Made by a program: the position numbers and the translations under genes. Below are positions 44,604 to 54,526 of a stretch of 64,000 nucleotides of DNA, one piece after another (position 1 is the first letter of the stretch; each line of letters opens with the position of its first letter). The stretch comes from Babesia bigemina (Eukaryota): positions 620,001-684,000 of the forward strand of contig NC_027216.1 in assembly GCF_000981445.1 (NCBI RefSeq). The letters are read 5' to 3'. The notes under the pieces are model-generated. The model was not told where the DNA came from. It saw only the letters and a program-made list of their open reading frames with translations, and searched no databases.

Positions 44604-46925
44604 CTAGCTTCGCGCAGGGACCCGGCGGTTGGGAGTCGACGATTTCCCCCCCTTGTCGATACCTATATAGTTCTGAGGGGGAGTTTTGCAGACCTTCTTG
44701 CGTTTCCTCCTCTCGGCGCAGCAGGCCTCTATTTCCTGCAGCTTGGACACTATCATCCTCCGCTTCACCGCCTCGTAGGCGACGTGCGGCATTTCCCTGC
44801 TCTCACTCAGCGCCTCCAAGATGATGTCGATGTCGTGCGATGACTTCATGAGCACGAAGAACTCGTCGATGGTGAGATTCATGGGATGGGAGTCTGCCTT
44901 GGGCTCAAGCACGGGCTTGAGAAGGTTGTACACTCTCAGCTTTGATTCCTCTTCAGTTTCTAGGTTTCGGAGATATGTACAGTTCGCTACTAGCTGCGTC
45001 TGCCTCAAGACATCTTCCAGGTCGCTGTTGGAGCACTGATACATCGGGTTGAGTAGTCTTCTCAAGTCGCGTGCGTCGATCCGTATGGACCTCCTCCCGG
45101 GCGTTTCGCTGCGCAGACCAGCGAACGTGTCCAGAATGAGGTCGCTCCTGTGCAGCAGATGAGGCATGAGCTGCGCGGCGAGGAACTCCGTGAAACTGAT
45201 GGAAATCTTGTGGTGGGTGAAATTGCTCAGTATCTCGTTCAGGCGGGATACCGACTTCCACAACATCGATTGCCTGAGGATGACACGGCGCTTCGGTCCC
45301 TGAGCATATCCTTCAGGCTCGAATTGTTCCTGCCCGTAGCCTGGAATGTACTCCGCGCACATGTACATCGGCCTCCTTTCCCCGTGTTGGCGTTGGCCCA
45401 CGCTGCCGGGCCCCTCACGCGTGCAGAGCAGCCACTTCTCCACCGTGGTCGAGTTGATCCAGAAGTATTCGTTCTCGCAGAACATGGACAGGTAGAGGTA
45501 TTTCTTGCGGCATTCCTCCACTTTTTTGTCCTGCGCTTGCCCCACCATGACGCACAGCGCCAGCTGCTTGAGTATAGGGCAGCGATAGAACGCAGTCAAC
45601 GCATCCACGATGCCAGTGGCCTCCTCGACGGTCATTGGAATGTTGGAGACCTCGAAGGTGGCTCGGCGTAGCCAGGGGTGTCTCAAAGCTTCCGTAGTGG
45701 ACAACCTGCTTTGGGGGTCCTTTACTAAAAGCCTTCGCAGCAGGTCGAACGCGTCGGGCGTGATCATGGTGTAACGCGCGTCACACCAGTCGATTTCTTC
45801 GTTTGCGACGCGCATAAGCGTCTTTACGTCGGTTTCAGCGTGAAAGGGGCAGTATCCGAGCAAAAACACATGCAACATGATGCCCGCGGACCACGCATCA
45901 CACTGGACCGAATACTGCCTTTGGGGCGCATGCCTGACAATCTCCGGCGCCACGTAGTAAGCTGTGCCGGCGCGCGAGGTGAGCGTATGCAGCGGTGAAT
46001 TGGCGAGTCCGAAATCGGTGATCTTGATGTCGGCGTCAGGTGCTGCACTCGACCACAGGAAATTCTCAGGCTTGACGTCCCTGTGCGCGATTCCCAGTGT
46101 ATTGATGTAGCTTAGCGCTCGGAATACGTGCACAAACATCCGCGCGACCGTCTCGTCCTTTGTGATCTCTGGTATCTGGCGCGATGTGAGGTCTCCCCCG
46201 CTACAAAATTCCATCACCAAGTACACCTTTGTGCAGTCGTCCGGAACGTTGCACGCGAAGGACTTGCTGTGGAAGACTTCATTGGCCACGTCGCTGATGT
46301 CCTCAGAACCGTTGGTGTATATTTCTGAAACCTTGACAACATTGGGGTGATCCAGCCATGCACCAATGGAAACCTCCCGGAAAACGTGCAGCGTGTCCTT
46401 CACGTTAGTGGGCCCATCTGGGTTATTGATGTTCATTATCTTCACCGCCCTCGTGGGCGGGTTCAGAGGCATGCCGCAGAACTCGTAGCGGTTGTTCGCA
46501 ACGCACCTGATCCCCTGGCTGAGGCGATTCGCCGGCAACTGCAACCTGGTCGGCAGCAGCTGCTGCAGTGCTAAAATATCACTCATGGGGAACAGCGCCT
46601 TGACGACGCCGAAGCTGCCCTTGCCGATGGTGGGGCCCTCCAGGTACTTGCGGCGGTAAGTGACCCAGCCACCCTTGAGCACCGGCGAGAATCTGTTGAA
46701 AACCGCGTTAAGTTGCGCGGACGATTCCTCATCCGGGTAGGCGATATGATCGTCATTTTGATGGCTGAAGGCGTTCCTCGGCTTGCATTGTACTAGCGGT
46801 GTTGAGTCGGTAGACTCCGCATATGCGGTCATGACAGCGATGGGGTTGTTCGCTGCGCAATTTAATCGCGAAGATCGGTATGGGCTCTCGTATTTGAGCA
46901 GTCTCTTGGTTGTAGCGGATGACAT
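44604..46925 (-). CDS. CDPK-like (CAMK group) protein kinase with degenerate calmodulin-like domain
   Basis: GKGSFG, RAVK, LDHPNVVK, HRDVKPENF, DFG, GTAYYVAPE. Junction-like LTAFYRCPILKQLALCVM. EF-hand remnants ISFTEFLAA and LTIDEFFVLM. Start could be the upstream ATG at 47057. Confidence 0.85.
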   Translation of the reverse strand: MSSATTKRLLKYESPYRSSRLNCAANNPIAVMTAYAESTDSTPLVQCKPRNAFSHQNDDHIAYPDEESSAQLNAVFNRFSPVLKGGWVTYRRKYLEGPTIGKGSFGVVKALFPMSDILALQQLLPTRLQLPANRLSQGIRCVANNRYEFCGMPLNPPTRAVKIMNINNPDGPTNVKDTLHVFREVSIGAWLDHPNVVKVSEIYTNGSEDISDVANEVFHSKSFACNVPDDCTKVYLVMEFCSGGDLTSRQIPEITKDETVARMFVHVFRALSYINTLGIAHRDVKPENFLWSSAAPDADIKITDFGLANSPLHTLTSRAGTAYYVAPEIVRHAPQRQYSVQCDAWSAGIMLHVFLLGYCPFHAETDVKTLMRVANEEIDWCDARYTMITPDAFDLLRRLLVKDPQSRLSTTEALRHPWLRRATFEVSNIPMTVEEATGIVDALTAFYRCPILKQLALCVMVGQAQDKKVEECRKKYLYLSMFCENEYFWINSTTVEKWLLCTREGPGSVGQRQHGERRPMYMCAEYIPGYGQEQFEPEGYAQGPKRRVILRQSMLWKSVSRLNEILSNFTHHKISISFTEFLAAQLMPHLLHRSDLILDTFAGLRSETPGRRSIRIDARDLRRLLNPMYQCSNSDLEDVLRQTQLVANCTYLRNLETEEESKLRVYNLLKPVLEPKADSHPMNLTIDEFFVLMKSSHDIDIILEALSESREMPHVAYEAVKRRMIVSKLQEIEACCAERRKRKKVCKTPPQNYIGIDKGGKSSTPNRRVPARS

Positions 46926-49568
46926 TTTTTCAACATACGGCGATGCGTTGGGATGGTGTTGTGTAGTACTGTGATGTCTCCGAGGTGAGGAAGCGGCGCA
47001 GGTGTAGAATCGAAATGTGCTGCCAAGCGCGCAGTGAGTGTCGCTGCCGGGATGCACTCGAGGGCCGCGAGAGTGTCTGTCACTCGTGTGAAACTTGGCG
47101 CCGATCCGGCCGTATCCTCAAAAACTTGGGCAGGCTACGGTGGGCTGACTCACCTTGCAACGGGTCTTAGAGTCAACACTCACCGCCGACAGTAGCGCGT
47201 ATCGCACTGTTCGCCTGCGCAACCTTGTCCGCTACGATAAGCAATGTGCCTGTTGTCAGGAGTTAACTTCAATATCCGCTCCAAATTTTCGTTGTGTCGA
47301 TGGAGCAATATTTTGAATATTTTGAAACTGTGGTCCAATTGAGCCGGGTTTTGCGCTGGAAGCAAAGCTAAGCCTTGCTTTCTCGGTATGCCCTTATCTG
47401 CGCCGGGAATGGTCTGCTAATCCAAACGCCGACTTAAACGATTTCTCAGAAATGTGGCATCCAAACGTAACAATTCAACGCAACAACACGGCACTACTAT
47501 TCTAGCATTAACGATATAGGAGCCGTATGACTCAGCCGAATTCCCATAAATAAGGGATTCCACCTTCACTGTACGGATACGGGCTTTCCTAGGATGCCAC
47601 TTCTATAACGAAGACAATTTTCAGTTGCAACTCCGTTGTATGGGCGCAGCCAGAGTATTGTCAGGAATGCAGGAATCTTATCCTCTAGTGAGTTTTAGTG
47701 AGTATCTGCGACGCTGCGTAAATGCGAGCCACGATAGAATCCGAAACGAGGAGGCTTCTTCAGTCTATACACCACGGCACGTTCTTTTCGTCAGTTTTAG
47801 GGTAGAAACTTTCCTTGAAACTGGTGCTTCTGTCCCTTACAGTTCTGTTGTCAGCCACAAAATCAGCCGCCAGAGATCTGTTTTGGCCCTTCCCCTGCGT
47901 ACACGAACCGGCCGGCTTGCTAGACGCCGATCTGAATCGTGTAATGTGTCTAGCGCGCACCGGAGCAGTCCAGGGAGGGTGTCGGCGCAACTGTCGCGAT
48001 TGCGATTGAACGGCGGATATACAAACGAAGAGATTCCTATACTAGCTACCTCATTTTGAGAACTCTGAACGCCTTCGATCAACTTGTGACGTTGTGAAGA
48101 GACAGTGGGTCAGGAACCCGGGCTCCCGGCCTGACGACAGGCAGGTGAAATAACACGCAGAATAAGGCGGTAGAATGAGGCCACCTTGCGTGTACTAGTG
48201 GTAAATAGATGGGTTACGTCGTGTGTTTTAACCCACGTGTCATTACTAGTGGTCTACTACTTTTTTATACCACGCTTGGGCCGTGTTCCAATAGGGCTGT
48301 CCGCACGTGGTGGCCGGACGCAGGGGCGCCCTCCGTCGAGCACACCGAGGAAAGCTGTCCTGCACGCGCTGCGTGCAATGCGTGTGGTGTCTCCACTTTA
48401 GATCACTGGCAAGTGGATCTCTCGAGCAATATTTTTGGAGCCGACATTGCCAGTGATGCGCTCTTATCGCCTCGGCGTGGCACTCCACGCCTTCCACCAC
48501 ATCGGACGCACCTACGAATCACGCGCAAAGAATTTTTCATTTTCACGTTGTTTATTAAACGTTATCCATAGTTTCAATAGTCAAGGTTGCGCGTACGGTA
48601 ATTGCCGTCTAGCCGTTGGTCGCGCAGCCTTCCACGTTTCTAGTAGCACATTACCGCGCCAAATTGTCACCGGTGATGCGGCAGTATATTTTCGTATTTT
48701 TCATTGCCTCACGGTAAAACGACAAGTCTATTCCATCCCTCGTTCTTTGAGGGCGTAGTGCCTACTGTTCAGCTCGGACACGTCGTGCATGTGGCCTAAG
48801 ACTGCAGCTACCAGTGCTAGGACCTGGATTTTAGTGATCGCGAAACTGCCATGGGATTATTGCCCGGAAATGTTTGAGTAGGGGAGGTCGCGATTTACAT
48901 AGTTGTGGCGGTACCACTTCTGGTTGTCCATACAGGTCTATTTCATGACACAGCGCGGCAGAAGCATCGTTAACAGCCTACACGTTAGTCGAACCACTAA
49001 GTTGCCGTATAATTGCTATATATAAACTGAGACGCCGAGCGACCGAACGGAAGCGCCTTCGAAACTTGCGCTCTGCTTTTTTACACATTCCATCTACCGT
49101 TTTTATAGATTCTACGTGACAATCATGATACTAAACGGCTTGAAACATTTTACGGTAGGCACACCACTAAGTAAGTGGCGAACACGTGCCTAACTGAATG
49201 CCTGGCTTCGGGAGCGCGAGGCCTCTGTATGCCTTCAAGGCGGTGCTACGCCCATGGTACCGCTACAAATCCCTTATCACATCACCCTGATGTTGTCGCA
49301 GAAACGTAATTGATTACTTGCATGTTGGCTATAGAACGTCTTGCGCGTCTTCTTCCCCTGAAGTGGCAACGGCGCAGCAGCCGGCGCCTGACATGGTCGT
49401 GGCGACGGTAGTCTAAGTGAGTTACACATTTGAAATTCCGTGTAATGAGACAATCCATGTGACATTGGCAGTACGTATGCACTCGTAGACAGCTGAGCAG
49501 GGACCCGCCTGGAAGGACCCTGTTCACGTGCGTCAGCGGCATTGACATCGCACTCAGATCTCGGCAGG

Positions 49569-52500
49569 ATGGCGGATCCCCGGGTAATTCTGGACGCTTC
49601 GCGCGTCTTCGACAAGGACATGGTGGCCATACTGGACTCGGTGATCGACGCTATGTTCGATTCGGGTGCCGGCCATAACAGGGAGGCCGCGCACAAGCTG
49701 CTCGAGCAGTTCAGAACCATGCCAGACAGCTGGAAGCACGTGGTTGCCATTCTGTCGCATTCCAACAACGCGAACACCAAGTTCTTCGCGCTTCAGGTCC
49801 TGCAGGGGTGCATCCAAACCCGTTGGAACGTCCTGCTGCCGGAGGACCGCTTGGGGATTCGGCGTTACGTCTCCGAGATGGTCGTCAACATAAGCATGGA
49901 CGACGAAGCGTGTCAGCGTGAGCGTCACTTCCTGACCAAGCTGAACGAGACGCTGATCCAGATCGTCAAGCGTGAGTGGCCTGACCGCTGGGAAGGTTTC
50001 ATCTCGGAGATTTGCCGTGCCTCCCAGATCTCGCAGAGCCTCTGCGAGAACAATATGCGGCTCCTGAACATGCTGAGCGAGGAGCTGTTTGATTTCGGTG
50101 AGGACCACATGCAGAGCCGCACCGTGCAGCGGCTTACGGCCCGCATGGCGAGCGACTTCCGGGAAATATTCGATGTGTGCATCTTCGTGATGCACAGCGC
50201 CATCAGCAACCCGGACGCGGTGAGGATTTCGCTCATCAGGCAGACTCTGACGTGCCTGGCCCACTTCTTGAAGTGGATTCCCGTGGGCTACATCTTCGAG
50301 CAGTACACGCACAACAACGTTAGGGTGGTGCTGATCGACCTCCTGCTGGACCACTTCTGGGACCCCGTGTTGTACAGGGTGGAGTGCACCAAGTGCCTCA
50401 CTGAGATCGCGAGCCTCTCCCTGTCATCACAAGAGATGCAGATGTTTGGTCCCCGCGTGGCATCCATGTGGCCCAAGATCGTGAACAAGATGTCGATGCT
50501 GCCCGAGAGTTCAATGAGCTACGAGGACACCACACAGGTGGTTCCGAGCATGCGCCTGTTCTGGGAGACGTTCTACACGCAGTTCAGCATTTTCTGCACC
50601 AACTTTTTGAAGAACTTCCGCGAGTCCATTGTGGAGCGCGACCCGAACAACCAGCAGTCGCTGCTCTTCGTGCTGGAGCGCCTGGTAAAAATCACGGACA
50701 TCAACCACGAAGAAACGTTCAAGATCTGCCTCGATTACTGGCACTTGTTTGTCACCTCCATCGCGCGGGAGGTGAAAGACCAACAGCGCCGACACGCGGC
50801 CGACCGGGGCATCATCATAACCGAGGATGGCACCGAGGAGGCCTTCGATCGCACGACGCTGAACCTGAACCCTTCCTACGACTCCGGTCGCCTGCCGATG
50901 TATCGCAAGGTGCTGGTGGAGTTGCAGAAGGTGCTGATAAAGCGCATGGCCAAGCCGCAGGAGGTCTATATTTTGTACGACGCCGACGCGTGCGAGGTCA
51001 CCAGGGAGTACAACCCCAACACCGCCGAAATCGCGTTGTACAATCGCATGAAAACGGACCTCATCATCCTGGCCACGCTGCTCCAGGACGACACCGAGCG
51101 CATCATGATGGACGTGCTGGACCACGAGATGGAGATTGCGAACACCGCCGGCCGGAGGGACACGTGGGACCCGACCATCCTGAACCGGCTTTGCTACAGC
51201 GTCGGTTCGATATCCGGCGCCATGGACGAGCAGGTGGAGAAGCGCTTTTTGGTGCTCATCATCAAGTGCCTGTTGAACATCTGCGAGGTCAAGACCGCCA
51301 CCGAGGACAAGGCGATTGTGGCGTCGAACATCATGTACGTCGTGGGCCAGTACCCGCGGTTCCTGAAGCAGAATTGGCGTTTCCTGTACACCGTGCTGAA
51401 CAAGCTCTTCGAGTTCATGCGTGAGACCTTCCCCGGTGTCCAGCAGATGGCGTGCGAGACCTTCCTGAAGATCACCAACTCCTGCAAGAGGACGATCGCC
51501 TGCCAGATGGTGAACGACCAGCTGTACCTGTACGAGCTGATCCATCTGCGCGACCCCATGACCGCCGTGCTCGACGACAAGCTCGTTTTGTGGTACTACG
51601 AATCGGTGGGGAACGTGATTTCCGCCGTGGACGTGAAGCTGCGCGACAACATCATATCCCAGCTGATGAGCCGCTGCAACATCGAGTGGCAGGAGCTGCT
51701 GGGGTACGCGACGAACCCCAACCTGCTGTCGACCGACCCCAACGTGTGGCGCGAGCTGCAGGGGATGGCCATTTTCGATGTCGACAAAACGCGCGCCGTC
51801 ATCCAGATCCTCCGCGTGAACAACCGCGTGGCCAAGAGCACCGGCTTCTCCTACACGACCCAGCTGATGCTCGTCTATCCCGGCATTATCCACCTGTACA
51901 ACGTCTACTCCTGCGCCATCCAACATGCCGTGCAGACGGCCGGACCGGGCTGCCTGAAGCACAACAACATCAACCTGATGCACCTGGTCAAGCGTTCGAT
52001 TCTGCATCTGTTGGAGACGTACATTTCGCACCTGCCGAACAAGCTGACGCGATCTCTGGCGGACTCGCATGTCAATATCGCATCCTCCGGCCGGAGTGGC
52101 CTGACCGTAGAAGAAGACCTGGCGGAAATGTGTTCGATGGAGGACTTGACTGTTCGCAACTACAACGAGGTCCTGAAGGAGCTTGTGAGCTCGATCACGT
52201 CCACGGTGCTCGCAGCGTACCGCAACTCCATGGCAGAGACCAGGGACCACGAGGTCATATGCCTCGTGACGACCCTCATCGAGAAGCTGGGCAACAACGG
52301 GTGCGCCGTGCTCCCGCTGATTTTCGAGCAAATCTTCGACTGCACGCTCGACATGGTCAAGCAGGACTTCCACAGCTTCCCCGAACACCGAGAGCAGTTC
52401 TACGAGATGCTGCAGAAGTCCACTAAGCACTGCTTCGAGGGCATCCTGATGCTTCCCAGTGATCGGCTGCGGTCCTACGTGATGTCGCTGATCTGGGCCT

Positions 52501-53132
52501 TCAAGCACGAGCACCCTGCCGTGGCGGAGAAGGGTCTGGTGGTGGTGCGGGAGTTCTTGAACAACCTGATGCTGCTCGACCGCCGGCAGGAGCGCAACGC
52601 CCGCCACCCCGGCGCGATGCAGGTCTCAGCGGTGCTTAGCTTCTGCCAGAGCTACTACTACCTGCTGCTGAAGGAGATCCTGGGTGTGCTCACCGACACT
52701 TTGCACAAGTCCGGGTTCCGCCTCCAGACCGAGATTTTGCGCGTGCTGATCCGCTTCTTCGAGTGCGGCACCATCAACGACCCCGGCTCCGAGTTGACGC
52801 GGATGCATGTCATGCAATTCCTGGTGGGAGTCCTCGGCCGCAGCTTCGCCACCCTCCACGTCAAGCAGATCGAGGCGTTCGTGGTCGACCTATTCAACTT
52901 CGCCGGCGAGAACATTGCGGATCAGGTGGACTCGTTGAATTTCAACGGCCAGACGCTCAAGTTCCAGACCCACGTGAAGGACTTCTTGCTGTCGCTGAAG
53001 GAGTTCGCGGGCTCCGGGGAGGAGTTTGAGCGCATTTTCGAGCAGGACCGCCAGAACGCGATCCAACGCGCGCGCATCATCGAGGAGCGCAAGATGCAGC
53101 TGCAGGCTGCGAAGGAGGTCACCTTGGACTAG
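49569..53132 (+). CDS. XPO1: Exportin-1 (CRM1)
   Basis: KLNETLIQIVKREWP, LSEELFDF, FKICLDYW, RMAKPQEV, KAIVASNIMYVVGQYPRFL, GVQQMACETF, DFHSFPEHR, WAFKH, DFLLSLKEF. Confidence 0.98.
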   Translation: MADPRVILDASRVFDKDMVAILDSVIDAMFDSGAGHNREAAHKLLEQFRTMPDSWKHVVAILSHSNNANTKFFALQVLQGCIQTRWNVLLPEDRLGIRRYVSEMVVNISMDDEACQRERHFLTKLNETLIQIVKREWPDRWEGFISEICRASQISQSLCENNMRLLNMLSEELFDFGEDHMQSRTVQRLTARMASDFREIFDVCIFVMHSAISNPDAVRISLIRQTLTCLAHFLKWIPVGYIFEQYTHNNVRVVLIDLLLDHFWDPVLYRVECTKCLTEIASLSLSSQEMQMFGPRVASMWPKIVNKMSMLPESSMSYEDTTQVVPSMRLFWETFYTQFSIFCTNFLKNFRESIVERDPNNQQSLLFVLERLVKITDINHEETFKICLDYWHLFVTSIAREVKDQQRRHAADRGIIITEDGTEEAFDRTTLNLNPSYDSGRLPMYRKVLVELQKVLIKRMAKPQEVYILYDADACEVTREYNPNTAEIALYNRMKTDLIILATLLQDDTERIMMDVLDHEMEIANTAGRRDTWDPTILNRLCYSVGSISGAMDEQVEKRFLVLIIKCLLNICEVKTATEDKAIVASNIMYVVGQYPRFLKQNWRFLYTVLNKLFEFMRETFPGVQQMACETFLKITNSCKRTIACQMVNDQLYLYELIHLRDPMTAVLDDKLVLWYYESVGNVISAVDVKLRDNIISQLMSRCNIEWQELLGYATNPNLLSTDPNVWRELQGMAIFDVDKTRAVIQILRVNNRVAKSTGFSYTTQLMLVYPGIIHLYNVYSCAIQHAVQTAGPGCLKHNNINLMHLVKRSILHLLETYISHLPNKLTRSLADSHVNIASSGRSGLTVEEDLAEMCSMEDLTVRNYNEVLKELVSSITSTVLAAYRNSMAETRDHEVICLVTTLIEKLGNNGCAVLPLIFEQIFDCTLDMVKQDFHSFPEHREQFYEMLQKSTKHCFEGILMLPSDRLRSYVMSLIWAFKHEHPAVAEKGLVVVREFLNNLMLLDRRQERNARHPGAMQVSAVLSFCQSYYYLLLKEILGVLTDTLHKSGFRLQTEILRVLIRFFECGTINDPGSELTRMHVMQFLVGVLGRSFATLHVKQIEAFVVDLFNFAGENIADQVDSLNFNGQTLKFQTHVKDFLLSLKEFAGSGEEFERIFEQDRQNAIQRARIIEERKMQLQAAKEVTLD

Positions 53133-54526
53133 GAGCTGTCGGGGTGCTGGCCCTCGTCGCAGCCATACCCTGTTTGTGACATGGTCTAACCCTGCGACTC
53201 TGACCGCCTCCCAGTGGGCGGGGAATATGTTCTCTACATGTGCCGCTAACTTACAATACCTCAAATTAAGTTCTCTGATCGTACAACGGTGTCGCTACGC
53301 ATGTTTACAGCTAAATCGTCTCAGCGACGCAGCGCAATGCCATGTTCAAAAGGGCGTCTTAACGACAGCGACCCACATGAAGGTCGCCGATGGAAACGGC
53401 TAACGCGTTCACCATTGTACTCTATTCGTGTGGACTATCAGTGCCGGGTGTCTATCGGGGTAAGTGACAAAAAATATTCAGAATTACTGAGCCCATGCCG
53501 AGCGGTACGACAGCGACACGACAACTAGCCAATATCCGACACGTTACCATTACAGTGACGCCCACCAAAAATCAAATCGCAAGGCGGCCAAATTTTAGAC
53601 GAACTCAAACAACGGCATTCTAGCGGACGTTACTACCCTGATGCAACGCCCACGTATTGCATTAGCGTAAATATGGCATGTTCGCAGACAAAACGGAAGA
53701 GTCACAGATGATCCCACATCAATGTTGACCGGTGAGTCATGCGCATTTTGCGAATTTAATAAAGGTAATGGTTCACGTGTGTGTTGACCGACGGTAACAT
53801 CCGAGTCACTTTACGACTTGTCTGTAAGGCTTTTTGGCGTCGCAACAGGCATTAAATAAATTTTGTGCAGTAGGAATAGGGAATCAGCGCATCGGCTGCC
53901 ATTCTGACAGCCTTCCACCGGGCCCTTCTCACGTATCATGAGTCGCAAAATCAGCCACGGCAAAAAACACGCTTCCGGTTTATCTTGCAAGCAAATAAAT
54001 TTGTTATAACAACTGTCTTGTCCGATATCGCCTCGGGAAGCGCCTGGGCGGCAGATGGGGAAATTGGCAGGGGGGAGTGGTATCGTCGTGTTGTCCCAGC
54101 TCCCTACAGGGCAAGCCGTCTGCTGAATGGCGGAGGATCAGAGATATCGTGCACACATGTAGCAGCAGTTAGACGTCGCTTTCCCAATGCTTCCCAGCCT
54201 TCCGTGGACCGCGTAATATGGAGCCTCCGGCGTCACCACGCAAGGGGCAGAAGGCGCACACCGGCGTAGGTAAGTCAACTCGTGTCAGCTGTGCATTATA
54301 GTTGGCGTATTTGCGGCGTCATGGTCCGAAATTTCGTGCCTCTGCCGCGGACCGCCTTCTGTGTCTGCGTAGGGGTGCCTCCATTTTCCCCGTTCGTCGC
54401 AGAGCGACAACGCTAAACGACGACGCCCGCTGCTGTCGCTGCACACTTTCCGCGCTGCGACGGTGTCAATTATTGTATATTTTGTGGTACACATGTCTTT
54501 CATAACCGCGGTTGAATTCCTGTGCG

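Noticed and set aside
50468..52607. Long overlapping ORFs within XPO1 (698 aa antisense; 318 and 324 aa shifted), with similar cases in TOP1, ARK1, NSF and 54716-56083
   Set aside because: Expected shadows of GC-rich codon usage in real genes; no recognisable domains.
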